Shown here piece after piece: positions 1 to 9,881 of a DNA stretch of 64,000 nt. The DNA comes from Candidatus Omnitrophica bacterium UBA6253. GTDB lineage: Bacteria; Omnitrophota; Gorgyraeia; Gygaellales; Profunditerraquicolaceae. The translations under genes and the position numbers were made by a program. The notes below the pieces were generated by a model. That model was not told where the DNA came from. It saw only the letters and a list, made by a program, of their open reading frames with translations, and made no database searches. Position 1 is the stretch's first letter. Every line of letters starts with the position of its first letter. The stretch spans positions 116,547 through 180,546 of the forward strand of contig DJVP01000012.1 in assembly GCA_002441245.1 (NCBI GenBank). Reading direction: 5' to 3'.

Positions 1-954
1 GGTTGAATTAGCATGCAACGTAGTCATAGAGCCATCATGGCCGGTATTCATCGCCTGGATCATATCCCAAAGCTCTTCGGCGCGCACCTCTCCAATAATA
101 ATCCTATCGGGCCGCATATGCAGGGCATTTTTTAATAATGTGCGTATGGAGATCTCGCCTTTGCCTTCAATATTTGGAAGGCGAGTCTCAAGCGGCACAA
201 AATGCTTGTGGTTAAAACACAGCTCCCTGGTATCTTCAATAGTAACAATTCTTTCTTTTTCCGAAATATTGCCCGCCAGGGCGTTAAGCATAGTGGTCTT
301 ACCGGAACCGGCTCCCCCGCAGATTAAAATATTCAGCCGGGCATCAACACACGCCCTTAAGAAATCCGCCGCTAAAATGTTAAGCGTCTTTAAACGCACC
401 TGATCTTCAAGGGTAAGCAAACGGTATGACATCTTTCTTATAGTTAATAATGAGCCGACGGAAGAAATAGGGCTTTTAACAATATTCACCCTTGAACCAT
501 CCTTTAAGCGCGCGTCTACGCACGGCTCCAGGCTGTTGACCCTTCTTCCGGAATAATCAAGGATTCGCTCAATAAAATAAGCAAGATGCGCCTCATTAGT
601 AAACCTGATTTCAGTCAACTCTATTTTACCGTTACGTTCTATATAAACCTGGCTGGGGCCGTTAATCATAATCTCTGAAATACTCTGGTCCTTAAGCAAC
701 ATGCCTATTGGACCAAGTTCAAGAAAATAAGCAATCACCTCATTCAAAAGCTCCTCTTCCTGAAGACGGGATAATTGCGCTTTACTACTCCTGGCCTCCT
801 CCTTAATAACATGAATAACTGAAGCTATAAAAGCCTGATCTTTAATTTTCAAGAAATCAACTTTTATTCCCTCCTGAGGATCGGTTAATTTCTCCAGCAC
901 CTGTTCAAGCAAACCCTTTTGCTCGCTTATATCTGCGGTCTTTTCCGGAATCAT
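1..954 (-). CDS. CpaF/TadA-family type IV pilus/secretion ATPase, partial (C-terminus runs off the window start)
   Basis: Manual minus-strand translation is open from the ATG at 954 to position 1. Walker A GGAGSGKTT and the IIIGEVRAEE / TGHDGSMTTLHAN motifs are typical of CpaF/TadA/PilT-type ATPases. The ATG overlaps the proS TGA as ATGA. Confidence 0.7.
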   Translation of the reverse strand, partial: MIPEKTADISEQKGLLEQVLEKLTDPQEGIKVDFLKIKDQAFIASVIHVIKEEARSSKAQLSRLQEEELLNEVIAYFLELGPIGMLLKDQSISEIMINGPSQVYIERNGKIELTEIRFTNEAHLAYFIERILDYSGRRVNSLEPCVDARLKDGSRVNIVKSPISSVGSLLTIRKMSYRLLTLEDQVRLKTLNILAADFLRACVDARLNILICGGAGSGKTTMLNALAGNISEKERIVTIEDTRELCFNHKHFVPLETRLPNIEGKGEISIRTLLKNALHMRPDRIIIGEVRAEELWDMIQAMNTGHDGSMTTLHANST

Positions 955-2216
955 TTCTTTCCTTTAATATTAGTTAAACGCTTTATCTCTGCCAGTGCCT
1001 GATCCTTAGGGCAGATTATCTTTTCTTTATTGTTACTTCGCAGTTTTATTTCAACAGTATTATCTTTGAGGCAAGTGCGGCCTATGACCACCTGTACTGG
1101 GATACCTAAAAGGTCTGCGTCCTTAAATTTAATCCCTGCACGGTCATCACGGTCATCCAAAAGGGCCTCTTTGCCAGCGCCAATAACCTGTTGATAAATA
1201 TCCTTGGCTAAATTCATGATGTCCGCATTCATTACATCCAGAGGAAGAATAACCACATCAAAAGGCGCTACTTCAGGCGGCCATACAATACCTTCGCTGT
1301 CATTATTTTGCTCAATCACTGCCGAAACCAGACGCGATACTCCTATACCGTAACAACCCATAATTATCGGCTTAAGAACCCCCTTGGCATCAGAAAAGTT
1401 GGCCTGGATCGCCTGGCTATATTTTGTCCCTAATTTAAAGATATGGCCAACCTCAATGCAATTTAGTTTCTCCATTTTGATTTTGCATTTCGGGCACTCC
1501 TGGCCATCTTCCTCTTTAAATGTCCTGGCCCCTGCGCACTTTGCGCATAATAAAACTACATCTTCCCCATCCTTGCTGGGGACCATGAATTCATGTGAGA
1601 CCTTGCCTCCCATAACTCCCGAATCAGCTTCAGTAATCAGGATTCTTAAACCCAGGCGCGAAAATATATTCTTATAAGCGTTAAACATCGCCTGGTAATT
1701 CTTATCCAACCCCGCCTCATCCTGATCAAAGCTATAAGCATCCTTCATAATAAACTCACAGGCGCGGATCAAACCAAAACGCGGTCTGATCTCATCGCGG
1801 AACTTAGTCTGGATCTGGTATAAGACCAAAGGAAGCTGCCTGTAGCTGGCGACTTGGCTCCTTACTAAATCTGTAATCGCCTCTTCATGTGTCGGCCCCA
1901 GACAAATACTCCTGCCCCGGCGGTCCTTAAAACTAAACATCACCTGCCCCAGGTCTTTATCCCGGCCCGTCTTCTGCCAAAGCTCAAGCGGCTGCAAAGC
2001 CGGAAGCAATAATTCATTTGCCCCGCAGGCATCCATTTCTTCCCGGATAACTTCCTGGATATTTTCCATGACCCTCAACCCCAAAGGAAGATATGAATAC
2101 ACGCCAGCCATAAGCATGCGCACTAGCCCTGCACGCAACAGTAACTTATGGCTAACTGATTCTGCCTCCTGAGGGTCCTCCTTTAAAGTTGGAATAAAAC
2201 TTTTGCTCCAAAACAT
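951..2216 (-). CDS. proS: Prolyl-tRNA synthetase (short bacterial form without INS domain)
   Basis: N-terminus MFWSKSFIPTLKEDPQEAESVSHKLLLRAGLVR aligns with the ProRS N-terminus, and class II aaRS motifs are present. The ORF track extends to 2267, but the conserved N-terminus suggests ATG at 2216, 1 nt after the upstream gene's stop. Confidence 0.85.
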   Translation of the reverse strand: MFWSKSFIPTLKEDPQEAESVSHKLLLRAGLVRMLMAGVYSYLPLGLRVMENIQEVIREEMDACGANELLLPALQPLELWQKTGRDKDLGQVMFSFKDRRGRSICLGPTHEEAITDLVRSQVASYRQLPLVLYQIQTKFRDEIRPRFGLIRACEFIMKDAYSFDQDEAGLDKNYQAMFNAYKNIFSRLGLRILITEADSGVMGGKVSHEFMVPSKDGEDVVLLCAKCAGARTFKEEDGQECPKCKIKMEKLNCIEVGHIFKLGTKYSQAIQANFSDAKGVLKPIIMGCYGIGVSRLVSAVIEQNNDSEGIVWPPEVAPFDVVILPLDVMNADIMNLAKDIYQQVIGAGKEALLDDRDDRAGIKFKDADLLGIPVQVVIGRTCLKDNTVEIKLRSNNKEKIICPKDQALAEIKRLTNIKGKK

Positions 2217-2217
2217 A

Positions 2218-3480
2218 TCAATCCTTGTTAAAAGTTTCTTTTGCCAAACATATTCCTCTTTTTGCAAAAAGTGACTGGAATGCCGGCTGAACCCCTGTAG
2301 CCCTGAAGCGGCCGCTCACCTTACCATGCTCAACAACATCATTTATTTCATAATAAAAAATATCTTCAAGATTGGCCCAGCCATTCCTGAGCCCGTTTAT
2401 CTGGGTAATCCGGGTAATCTTACGTGAACCATCGGCAAGCTGGTCCTGTTGAATAATCAAGTTTAAAGATGCGGCGATCTGGCGGTGGATCGCCTCTAAT
2501 GTAATAGGGATACCCGACATCAAAATCATAGTCTCTATTCGGTGCATTACCTCCTGGGGAGAATTTGCGTGAATTACCGAAAGGGCTCCGCTATGTCCGG
2601 AACACATCGCCTGAAGCATATCTAAGGCCTCAGCACTTCGAATCTCGCCTAAAATAATCCTTTGAGGCCGCATACGCAAAGAGTTCCTGAAAAGATCCCG
2701 GATACTAATCTCGCCTTTTCCTTCAATATTAGGCGGTTTGGTCTCAAGCCTGACCACGTGATCCTGCGCCAGATGAAGTTCGGCTGTATCTTCAATAACA
2801 ATAGTACGCTCATCATTATCAATATAACTGGAAAGTACGCCGACGGTAGTGGTCTTACCGCTTCCGGTTGCGCCGGCGAATATCATATTCACTTTACTCT
2901 TTATACAAGCGACCAGGAAATCCGCCATTCTTTTATCCAGCGTATCCAGGTGGATAAGATCCTCTGCCCTTTGAATTACTTTAAGGAATTTGCGGATAGT
3001 TATTGTCGGCCCATCCAGGGCTAATGGCGGTATAATAATATTAACTCGCGAACCATCCGGCAGGCAAACATCAGTATAGGGCTGAGTTTCATCAACCCTT
3101 CTTCTTGTAGGCGCCAGGATCTTTTGAATAACATACATAAGCTGCTGATCACTGTCAAATCTTATGTCAGTCATCAGTTTCTTGCCGCCCTTCTCTACAT
3201 ATACATTATGCGTGCCATTAATCATAATCTCCGTAACTTCATGGTCCATCATCAATTTTTCGATAGGACCAAAACCGGCAAACTCATCAACCAATTCATT
3301 AATGATAGTTTCCCTGTCCTGCTCTTTAAGCACGCTGCGCGGCTGATTAAGAATCCCCTCAAGGATCTGCCTGACGGTAGCCGCAACTTCTATTTTATTG
3401 CCGGCACTTTTAGACAAAACACTGCTGTATCGAGCAATGAAATCTTCACGTACCCTTCCCTTTAGCGTTTGATGAGCCAC
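2218..3480 (-). CDS. CpaF/TadA-family type IV pilus/secretion ATPase (second paralog)
   Basis: TEIMINGTHNVYVEKGGK, Walker A GATGSGKTTT, RPQRIILGEIRSAEALDMLQAMCSGHSG and SVIHANSP motifs. Confidence 0.8.
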   Translation of the reverse strand: MAHQTLKGRVREDFIARYSSVLSKSAGNKIEVAATVRQILEGILNQPRSVLKEQDRETIINELVDEFAGFGPIEKLMMDHEVTEIMINGTHNVYVEKGGKKLMTDIRFDSDQQLMYVIQKILAPTRRRVDETQPYTDVCLPDGSRVNIIIPPLALDGPTITIRKFLKVIQRAEDLIHLDTLDKRMADFLVACIKSKVNMIFAGATGSGKTTTVGVLSSYIDNDERTIVIEDTAELHLAQDHVVRLETKPPNIEGKGEISIRDLFRNSLRMRPQRIILGEIRSAEALDMLQAMCSGHSGALSVIHANSPQEVMHRIETMILMSGIPITLEAIHRQIAASLNLIIQQDQLADGSRKITRITQINGLRNGWANLEDIFYYEINDVVEHGKVSGRFRATGVQPAFQSLFAKRGICLAKETFNKD

Positions 3481-4550
3481 GTCTTCTCCTTGGTTTTAAG
3501 TTCCCGTAACAGAATCCGCACACAATCACCTGGCGTTATTTTCCTAATTATTTTACCATGCCTGAACAAAACCCCTTCGTTTCTGCCAAAAGCAACTCCT
3601 ATATCCGCTTCCTTAGCCTCCCCCGGGCCATTGACTACACAGCCCATTATAGCCAATTTCACCGGCCGGGGAAATAATTTATAGTCAATAGCCGATAGCT
3701 TACTCTCCAGCTCCTTTACTATTCCGACAAGATTCACCTTGCAACGGCCGCAGGTAGGGCAACTAATAACCTGCGGGCCGAAACTGCGCAGGGCTAAAGA
3801 CTCTAATATACATTTAGCTGCCCTGACCTCTTCTGTCGGCCCTTCAGTCAAAGACACCCTTATTGTATCACCAATACCCTCCAGAAGTAAAGCCCCTAAA
3901 GCCACGCTGGACTTGATAATCCCGTTGTAAACAGAACCGGTAGCAGTCAGGCCGAGATGCAGAGGATAACTACAAGCCTTAGAAATCTTACGATAAGCAT
4001 CAAGTGTGTCTAAAACATTATTTGCTTTAAGCGAAATTACTATATTATTAAACTTGAACCCCTCAACCATTTTTACATACCCCATACAGGCAGACACTAA
4101 TTTATCGCTCATTGAAGATTTCTTTAACCCGGTGTTTTTTACCGATCCCGAATTAAGCCCAATGCGCAGAGGGATCCTGGCAGCCTTTAATGCCAAAACA
4201 ACTGACCTTACCTGCTCTCTTTTATCAATATTTCCCGGATTCAATCTTATTTTATCCGCCCCATTCTCGATAGCCGCAATTGCCAGGCGCCAATCAAAAT
4301 GAATATCCGCCACGAGCGGCAATTTGACTTTTGATTTAATCCGCTTTAAAGCCGCGGCGTCATTAAAATCATTAATCGCCAGGCGCACAATTTGGCAGCC
4401 TGCATCCCTTAATTGGTTGATCTGAATAACAGTATTTTCTACATCGGCTGTCCTGGTCTTAGTCATTGACTGGATCGCTACCGGATTACTGCCCCCGACC
4501 AAAATATCGCCAATCTTTACTACCCTAGATTTTCTTCTTACAATATCCAT
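3462..4550 (-). CDS. ispG: 4-hydroxy-3-methylbut-2-enyl diphosphate synthase (GcpE)
   Basis: Overall 362-aa similarity to IspG, with a VVKIGDILVGGSNPVAIQSMT N-terminus and a C-terminal CPTCGRC Fe-S motif. Confidence 0.9.
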   Translation of the reverse strand: MDIVRRKSRVVKIGDILVGGSNPVAIQSMTKTRTADVENTVIQINQLRDAGCQIVRLAINDFNDAAALKRIKSKVKLPLVADIHFDWRLAIAAIENGADKIRLNPGNIDKREQVRSVVLALKAARIPLRIGLNSGSVKNTGLKKSSMSDKLVSACMGYVKMVEGFKFNNIVISLKANNVLDTLDAYRKISKACSYPLHLGLTATGSVYNGIIKSSVALGALLLEGIGDTIRVSLTEGPTEEVRAAKCILESLALRSFGPQVISCPTCGRCKVNLVGIVKELESKLSAIDYKLFPRPVKLAIMGCVVNGPGEAKEADIGVAFGRNEGVLFRHGKIIRKITPGDCVRILLRELKTKEKTWLIKR

Positions 4551-4555
4551 ATTAT

Positions 4556-5638
4556 TTATTTACCTATAACCCTGCTGATCTTATCCCCGTAAAGCCTTAA
4601 TATATCGTTATAGGTAACCAATAAGGCTATTGTAATCATCAGGGTAAAACCAACATTATTAATTACCTGCTCTGCCTTAATCCCCAGCGCCTTCCTCCTC
4701 AATTTTTCCAAACCCAACAAAAAAATATGCCCCCCATCAAGGATAGGCAGCGGCAAAAGGTTGAATATTGCCAGGCTCACGCTTAAGACCGCAACCAAAT
4801 GCATAACAGCAATTAAACCCAATTTCGCTGTTTTAGAAGTAATAAAAAATATCCCCAGCGGACCGGTCACAGAATCACGCATGGAAATCTTACCGCTGAT
4901 TAATCTCCATAGCCCCCTATAAGTCATAACAGTCAAATCTATGGTTTTCTTAATTCCAAGATAGCCCGATTCAAAGAATCCGTGCCTAACCTCAATAGTT
5001 TCATCAAAAGGAGAGATGCCTATAATCCCCAAGGAGCGTTTTTCCCCTATTTCATCACCTAAGATTTTATCTTTAATCAATACCTTAAATTTTAACTCCT
5101 TATTATCACGCAAAACCGAAAGCTCCACGCTCTCTTTAACTTTTCTTTTCTGGATCTGCAGCTGCAGGTCCTCCCATAAGTTAACCTTCTTGCCATCTAC
5201 AACAATAATTTTATCCCCTACCGCCAAACCGGCTTCTTTAGCTCCGTAACCGTCTATTAAACCGCCAACCTTAGTAGTCAGGCTTGGATAACCCGTAAAA
5301 AGAATACACCAGAAGAATAAAAAACCAAGTAAATAGTTCAAGAACGGGCCAAAAAAGATAATCTGGAATCGGCTGCCAATACTTTTGGAAAAATACTCAT
5401 CGGCCTTCCCTTTATATTCCGACTGGCTGTCCCCGGCCATCTTCACATACCCCCCCAGAGGGATCAGGCTTATGCTATATTCAGTATCATTTTTTTTCTT
5501 CTTAAAGACCTGCGGCCCAAACCCTAAAGAAAAATTCTCCACACGCACGCCATTTTTCCGTGCGGCGATGAAATGGCCAAATTCATGCACAATAATAAGC
5601 AGGCTTAAAATTAAAATAAAAATAAGAGTGGCAATCAT
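4556..5638 (-). CDS. rseP: RIP metalloprotease RseP (site-2 protease, PDZ-containing)
   Basis: HEFGHFIAARKNGV zinc motif, central PDZ-like region and C-terminal LPLPILDGG motif. Confidence 0.85.
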   Translation of the reverse strand: MIATLIFILILSLLIIVHEFGHFIAARKNGVRVENFSLGFGPQVFKKKKNDTEYSISLIPLGGYVKMAGDSQSEYKGKADEYFSKSIGSRFQIIFFGPFLNYLLGFLFFWCILFTGYPSLTTKVGGLIDGYGAKEAGLAVGDKIIVVDGKKVNLWEDLQLQIQKRKVKESVELSVLRDNKELKFKVLIKDKILGDEIGEKRSLGIIGISPFDETIEVRHGFFESGYLGIKKTIDLTVMTYRGLWRLISGKISMRDSVTGPLGIFFITSKTAKLGLIAVMHLVAVLSVSLAIFNLLPLPILDGGHIFLLGLEKLRRKALGIKAEQVINNVGFTLMITIALLVTYNDILRLYGDKISRVIGK

Positions 5639-6795
5639 TATTGATTTAGGTTAGCTGCCAACATAGCAGCTTCTTCTCGGGCCCAGGCATCGGCAGCCAT
5701 TATATCCGGCAAAACAGGATCAGCTATCCTTCTGTGGCGCCGCATTACCTTTTCTATTATTTTCGGTATAGTCAAGAAGCTAATCCGTTTGTTTAAGAAA
5801 TTATTCACACTTATCTCATTGGCCGCGTTTATTACCGCAGGCATTGTCCCCAACTGCCTGGCTGCCTGGAACGCAAGGCCAAGACAAGGAAATTTTTCCA
5901 GGTCCGGTTTTTCAAAATGCAGCTTATTTAAACGGTAGAAATCTATCCCTGAAAGTTTATTAACCAGCCTCTCGGGATAAGATAAGGCATACTGAATAGG
6001 TATGCGCATGTCCACCGCCGAAAGTTGCGCCATGATCACGCCATCATTGAATTCAACCATAGAATGGATTAAGGATTCAGGATGAATCAATACCTTGATT
6101 TTCTCCGCTCCTAAATCAAATAAAAACATCGCTTCAAGCAACTCCAGCCCCTTATTCATCAAGGTTGCCGAATCAACGGTTATCTTTCTGCCCATCTTCC
6201 AGCGGGGATGATGCAACACCTGCTCCAGGCTAACCTTTTTAAATTTACTACGCGGCAGGCTCCTTAGAGGCCCTCCGGATGCAGTAAGATAGACCTGCCT
6301 GACATCAGACTGCTGAAAACCCCCCAGGCTCTGCCAGATAGCCGATTGCTCGCTATCAACCGGCAAAATATTAACCTTGTGTTTCTTTGCCATACGCATA
6401 ACTAAGGGGCCGGCCATCACCAAGGCTTCTTTATTAGCCAAAGCAATATCTTTACCGTTTTTAATCGCTGCAAGTAAAGGGCTAAGGGCAGCTGAACCGG
6501 TAATGGCAAACATTACCAAATCTATATCTCTATCCTTGACCATTTCGCCCAACCCCTTTTCCCCGCAAAAAATTTTTATTGATGAACCCAGATCAGAGCC
6601 TAATTCACAGGCTGCCTGTTCATCTCTTACGCATACAAACCGTGGTTTAAACTCTTTTATCTGCTGTTTTAGTTTAATAATATCGGTATTAACGCTTAAG
6701 GCCTCCACCTTGAATTGTCTTGGCAGACTCCTGACTACCGAAAGCGTACTTTGGCCTATTGAGCCGCTGGAACCTAAAACCGCAATTCTCTTCAT
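5638..6795 (-). CDS. dxr: 1-deoxy-D-xylulose 5-phosphate reductoisomerase
   Basis: N-terminal IAVLGSSGSIGQSTLSVV NADPH motif and full-length Dxr similarity. Confidence 0.9.
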   Translation of the reverse strand: MKRIAVLGSSGSIGQSTLSVVRSLPRQFKVEALSVNTDIIKLKQQIKEFKPRFVCVRDEQAACELGSDLGSSIKIFCGEKGLGEMVKDRDIDLVMFAITGSAALSPLLAAIKNGKDIALANKEALVMAGPLVMRMAKKHKVNILPVDSEQSAIWQSLGGFQQSDVRQVYLTASGGPLRSLPRSKFKKVSLEQVLHHPRWKMGRKITVDSATLMNKGLELLEAMFLFDLGAEKIKVLIHPESLIHSMVEFNDGVIMAQLSAVDMRIPIQYALSYPERLVNKLSGIDFYRLNKLHFEKPDLEKFPCLGLAFQAARQLGTMPAVINAANEISVNNFLNKRISFLTIPKIIEKVMRRHRRIADPVLPDIMAADAWAREEAAMLAANLNQ

Positions 6796-7586
6796 TTTAC
6801 GATTACGCTAAGATAAAAATAAAATACCGGGGCAGTAAATAACAAACTGTCAATTTGATCTAATACCCCTCCCATGCCCGGAAAGATACTTCCTGAATCT
6901 TTGATCTGGCAATCCCTTTTAAGCAGTGATTCGGAAAGATCACCCAATTGGCCAAGCACGCCCAAACAAACCGCCACCAACAACAGCTGCCCATAGCCAA
7001 ATGGTAAAAACGATTTACTGGCTAAGGCGCCTAAAATACTGAATAATAATCCGCCAAGCGCTCCTTCAACGGTTTTCTTTGGGCTTATATGCTGCATCAA
7101 GGGCCTCTTTCCCCAGCGGCTTCCCACTAAATATGCACCGATATCGCCAAGCTTAATGATTAACAATAAAGCTACCAGAAAACCAAACCCTCCGGAAAGG
7201 TAACGTATCTTTATAATAAAACTAAAAAACCAGGAAACATAAAGGATGCCAAAGATAGTGGTCGAGATATCCACGATCACCCCGCTTGAATCCCTGCGCT
7301 TAAATTGCATAATCAGGATAAAAAACAAAGCCAAAACGATAAAAAGCAACTCCCAGCTTTTAGTCGGCTCAAATCTGAACATAATTGATAAAGGGATAAC
7401 CGCCCCCATGCCAATACCGAAATATTTATAAATATTGATCCCTTTTTTCTCAAGCATCACAAAATACTCATACAATCCGGCAATAATAAAAATGGTAACC
7501 ACTAATCCACAGAGCCAATCAAAGAAAATAACCACTGAAATAATGCTGATGAGCACAGCTGAACTGGTTATTCTTTTAGCAAGCAT
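6792..7586 (-). CDS. cdsA: Phosphatidate cytidylyltransferase
   Basis: Polytopic membrane protein with the C-terminal KRDCQIKDSGSIFPGMGGVLDQIDS CdsA signature. Confidence 0.85.
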   Translation of the reverse strand: MLAKRITSSAVLISIISVVIFFDWLCGLVVTIFIIAGLYEYFVMLEKKGINIYKYFGIGMGAVIPLSIMFRFEPTKSWELLFIVLALFFILIMQFKRRDSSGVIVDISTTIFGILYVSWFFSFIIKIRYLSGGFGFLVALLLIIKLGDIGAYLVGSRWGKRPLMQHISPKKTVEGALGGLLFSILGALASKSFLPFGYGQLLLVAVCLGVLGQLGDLSESLLKRDCQIKDSGSIFPGMGGVLDQIDSLLFTAPVFYFYLSVIVK

Positions 7587-8295
7587 TTAGGCCTCCGAAC
7601 CTGCGTTCTCTTTTTTGATACTCCTTAATCGCCTCTTTTAAATCATCTATCCCGAAATCCGGCCAGTATTTCCTGGAAAAATAAAACTCAGAATATGAAA
7701 GCTGCCAGAGCAGAAAATTGCTAATGCGCATCTCTTCACTGGTGCGGATTAAAAGATCAGGATCAGGAATATCCGCGGCATAAAAATAACTGCTGAACCG
7801 CTTTTCTTCCAGGCTTTCCGGATCAACTTTACCGGCCAATACATCCTTGGCGAATTCTTTAGCGGCATCCACAATCTCCTGCCTGCCTCCGTAATTTATA
7901 GCTAATACAACCTTAAGCCCGGTGTTCCCGGAGGTTTCGTCCTGAGCCTTTTTAATCTTTACTTGAAGATATTTAGGAATTGGCTGGCCCCTGCCGATAA
8001 CTATAAAACGCATATTATTTTTATGCAACTGAAGGATCTCTTTCCCCAGGAAGTTATCCAGGTAGCGCATTAAAACGGCAACTTCATTCTTTGGCCTGGA
8101 CCAATTCTCAGTCGAGAAGGCGAAAAAGGTGACCACCTGAATACCTAATTGTCCTGCACCGCGAATAATCTCTTTTACGCGTTTTACCCCCTCCCGGTGC
8201 CCGCAAGTTCGGTTTAAGCCTCTCTCTTTTGCCCAGCGGCCATTACCGTCCATAATAAAAGCTATATGCTTAGGGATTTTTAGATTGTCCTGCAT
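7576..8295 (-). CDS. uppS: Undecaprenyl diphosphate synthase
   Basis: HIAFIMDGNGRWA motif and cis-prenyltransferase fold features. Confidence 0.9.
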   Translation of the reverse strand: MQDNLKIPKHIAFIMDGNGRWAKERGLNRTCGHREGVKRVKEIIRGAGQLGIQVVTFFAFSTENWSRPKNEVAVLMRYLDNFLGKEILQLHKNNMRFIVIGRGQPIPKYLQVKIKKAQDETSGNTGLKVVLAINYGGRQEIVDAAKEFAKDVLAGKVDPESLEEKRFSSYFYAADIPDPDLLIRTSEEMRISNFLLWQLSYSEFYFSRKYWPDFGIDDLKEAIKEYQKRERRFGGLNAC

Positions 8296-8296
8296 G

Positions 8297-9877
8297 CTAC
8301 TGATGCACCTGGTAATCTATATTAGGGAAGAGATTGTCCTTATATTCAATATCTGAAAGCCAATTCTCGTTAATATTATTGGACTTGACATCTTCATAGA
8401 TCCGATTAAACCTTAAAAGATGATCTTTGGTACGGCGCACCGCATAACTTGTATGCGTTCCCGTACCCAGGATAAATGCCCAATCCGAACTTTGTGCCAA
8501 TAGTAATTCACGTAAAGCCTGATTTAAAGCCCTGCGCAATAAACCTTGAGCCTGGGGAAAACTTCTGGACAACTCACTCATTCGTTCTGAAGCCACATGC
8601 AAGTGCCGATAGATCCAGTCATTTGTGCCTTGAAGCCACATCTCCGAATACCCTTTATAGCCCCAGCTGGAAAGCGAAGGAGTAATCACCTGATTACGCG
8701 GATTCTCTGCCAGGTATTCCGAGGGAGTGATCATGCGGATCTCGTTCTGGTCGCAGGCGACTTTACGGAAAAGAAAATCCAGCCACATCGGCCCCTCATA
8801 CCACCAATGCCCAAATAGCTCGGCGTCATACGGCGAGACAATAATCGGTGCCTTACCCATAAGGTCATTAAGGTAACTTGCCTGTTTCTGGCGGTTGAAC
8901 ATAAAATTTCCGGCATGTTCGGCTGCCCGGTCCCTTGCCCACTCCGGGACATATGGCTCCTTATGGTTGCCTGTGCCGGTAATACGGTAATATTTTATCC
9001 CCGTATTGATACGTACTCCGTCGGGATGAATATATGGTTTGATATAATCAAACTCAAGGTCAAAACCTATATCGCGGTAAAACTCCCGGTAGTTATAATC
9101 TCCTGGATATCCTTCGATAGAACTCCAGACCTGTTTTGAAGACTCCAGGTCCCTGCCAAAAGCAGCTACCCCTGTACCCTTACAATAAACAGGGGCAAAC
9201 ACTCCATATTTAGGCCGAGGCGTACCATGCAGCAGGCCGTGAGAATCAGTAAAAAAATAACGGATCCCCGCTTCACGAAGTATCTCATCATGCCCGGGGC
9301 AAAAACCGCATTCAGGAAGCCAGATACCGCGCGGCCTTCTGCCAAATACACCTTCATAGTGGTCCGCTGCCACCTTTACCTGCGCGCGTACCGAATCCCG
9401 GCAAACATCCATAAGCGGGAAAAATCCATGCGTAGCTCCGCAGGTAATTATCTCAAGCTTGCCTAAATCCTGGAATTTCTTAAAGGCATACACCAGATTA
9501 TTGTTATATTTCTGAAAGGTATCCCGGGCATGCGAGAATTTGATAAAATACATTTCCGCCAGGTGCCTGAACGCCTCCTGCCACTTTGTCCTCTCTATTT
9601 CTTTTTGGGACAATTCGATGAGCTTATTTATATGCTTTAAATAACGCTCCTGCAAAAGCTGGTCTGAAAGCATTGAAATAAGCGTAGGGCTTAATGTCAT
9701 GGTAATCCGGAAGTCTATACCGTCGGCAACCAGCCCTTCAAAAACAGAAATCAAAGGTACATAAGTCTCAGTGATTGCCTCATAAAGCCAATCCTCTTCC
9801 AGGAAATTTTCATGTTCCGGATGCCGCACAAAAGGCAAATGTCCATGCAAAACTAAACAAAGGTATCCTTTAGCCAT
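8297..9877 (-). CDS. GH57-family 1,4-alpha-glucan branching enzyme
   Basis: N-terminus LVLHGHLPFV and GH57 (DUF1957-type) architecture, 526 aa. Confidence 0.7.
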   Translation of the reverse strand: MAKGYLCLVLHGHLPFVRHPEHENFLEEDWLYEAITETYVPLISVFEGLVADGIDFRITMTLSPTLISMLSDQLLQERYLKHINKLIELSQKEIERTKWQEAFRHLAEMYFIKFSHARDTFQKYNNNLVYAFKKFQDLGKLEIITCGATHGFFPLMDVCRDSVRAQVKVAADHYEGVFGRRPRGIWLPECGFCPGHDEILREAGIRYFFTDSHGLLHGTPRPKYGVFAPVYCKGTGVAAFGRDLESSKQVWSSIEGYPGDYNYREFYRDIGFDLEFDYIKPYIHPDGVRINTGIKYYRITGTGNHKEPYVPEWARDRAAEHAGNFMFNRQKQASYLNDLMGKAPIIVSPYDAELFGHWWYEGPMWLDFLFRKVACDQNEIRMITPSEYLAENPRNQVITPSLSSWGYKGYSEMWLQGTNDWIYRHLHVASERMSELSRSFPQAQGLLRRALNQALRELLLAQSSDWAFILGTGTHTSYAVRRTKDHLLRFNRIYEDVKSNNINENWLSDIEYKDNLFPNIDYQVHQ

Positions 9878-9881
9878 AGGT

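Noticed and set aside
140-403. Plus-strand ORF (87 aa), and the many other plus-strand ORFs in the track (e.g. 2662-3024, 22835-23473, 30598-31038, 37929-38381, 51210-51617, 59929-60507)
   Set aside because: All lie antisense to long minus-strand ORFs with strong homology to conserved proteins. They have low-complexity or Ser/Pro/Leu-rich composition typical of shadow ORFs.
2217-2267. Upstream extension of the proS ORF overlapping the CpaF-like gene
   Set aside because: The ProRS N-terminal consensus begins at MFWSKSFIPTLKE (ATG at 2216). The extension overlaps the upstream ATPase C-terminus by 50 nt.
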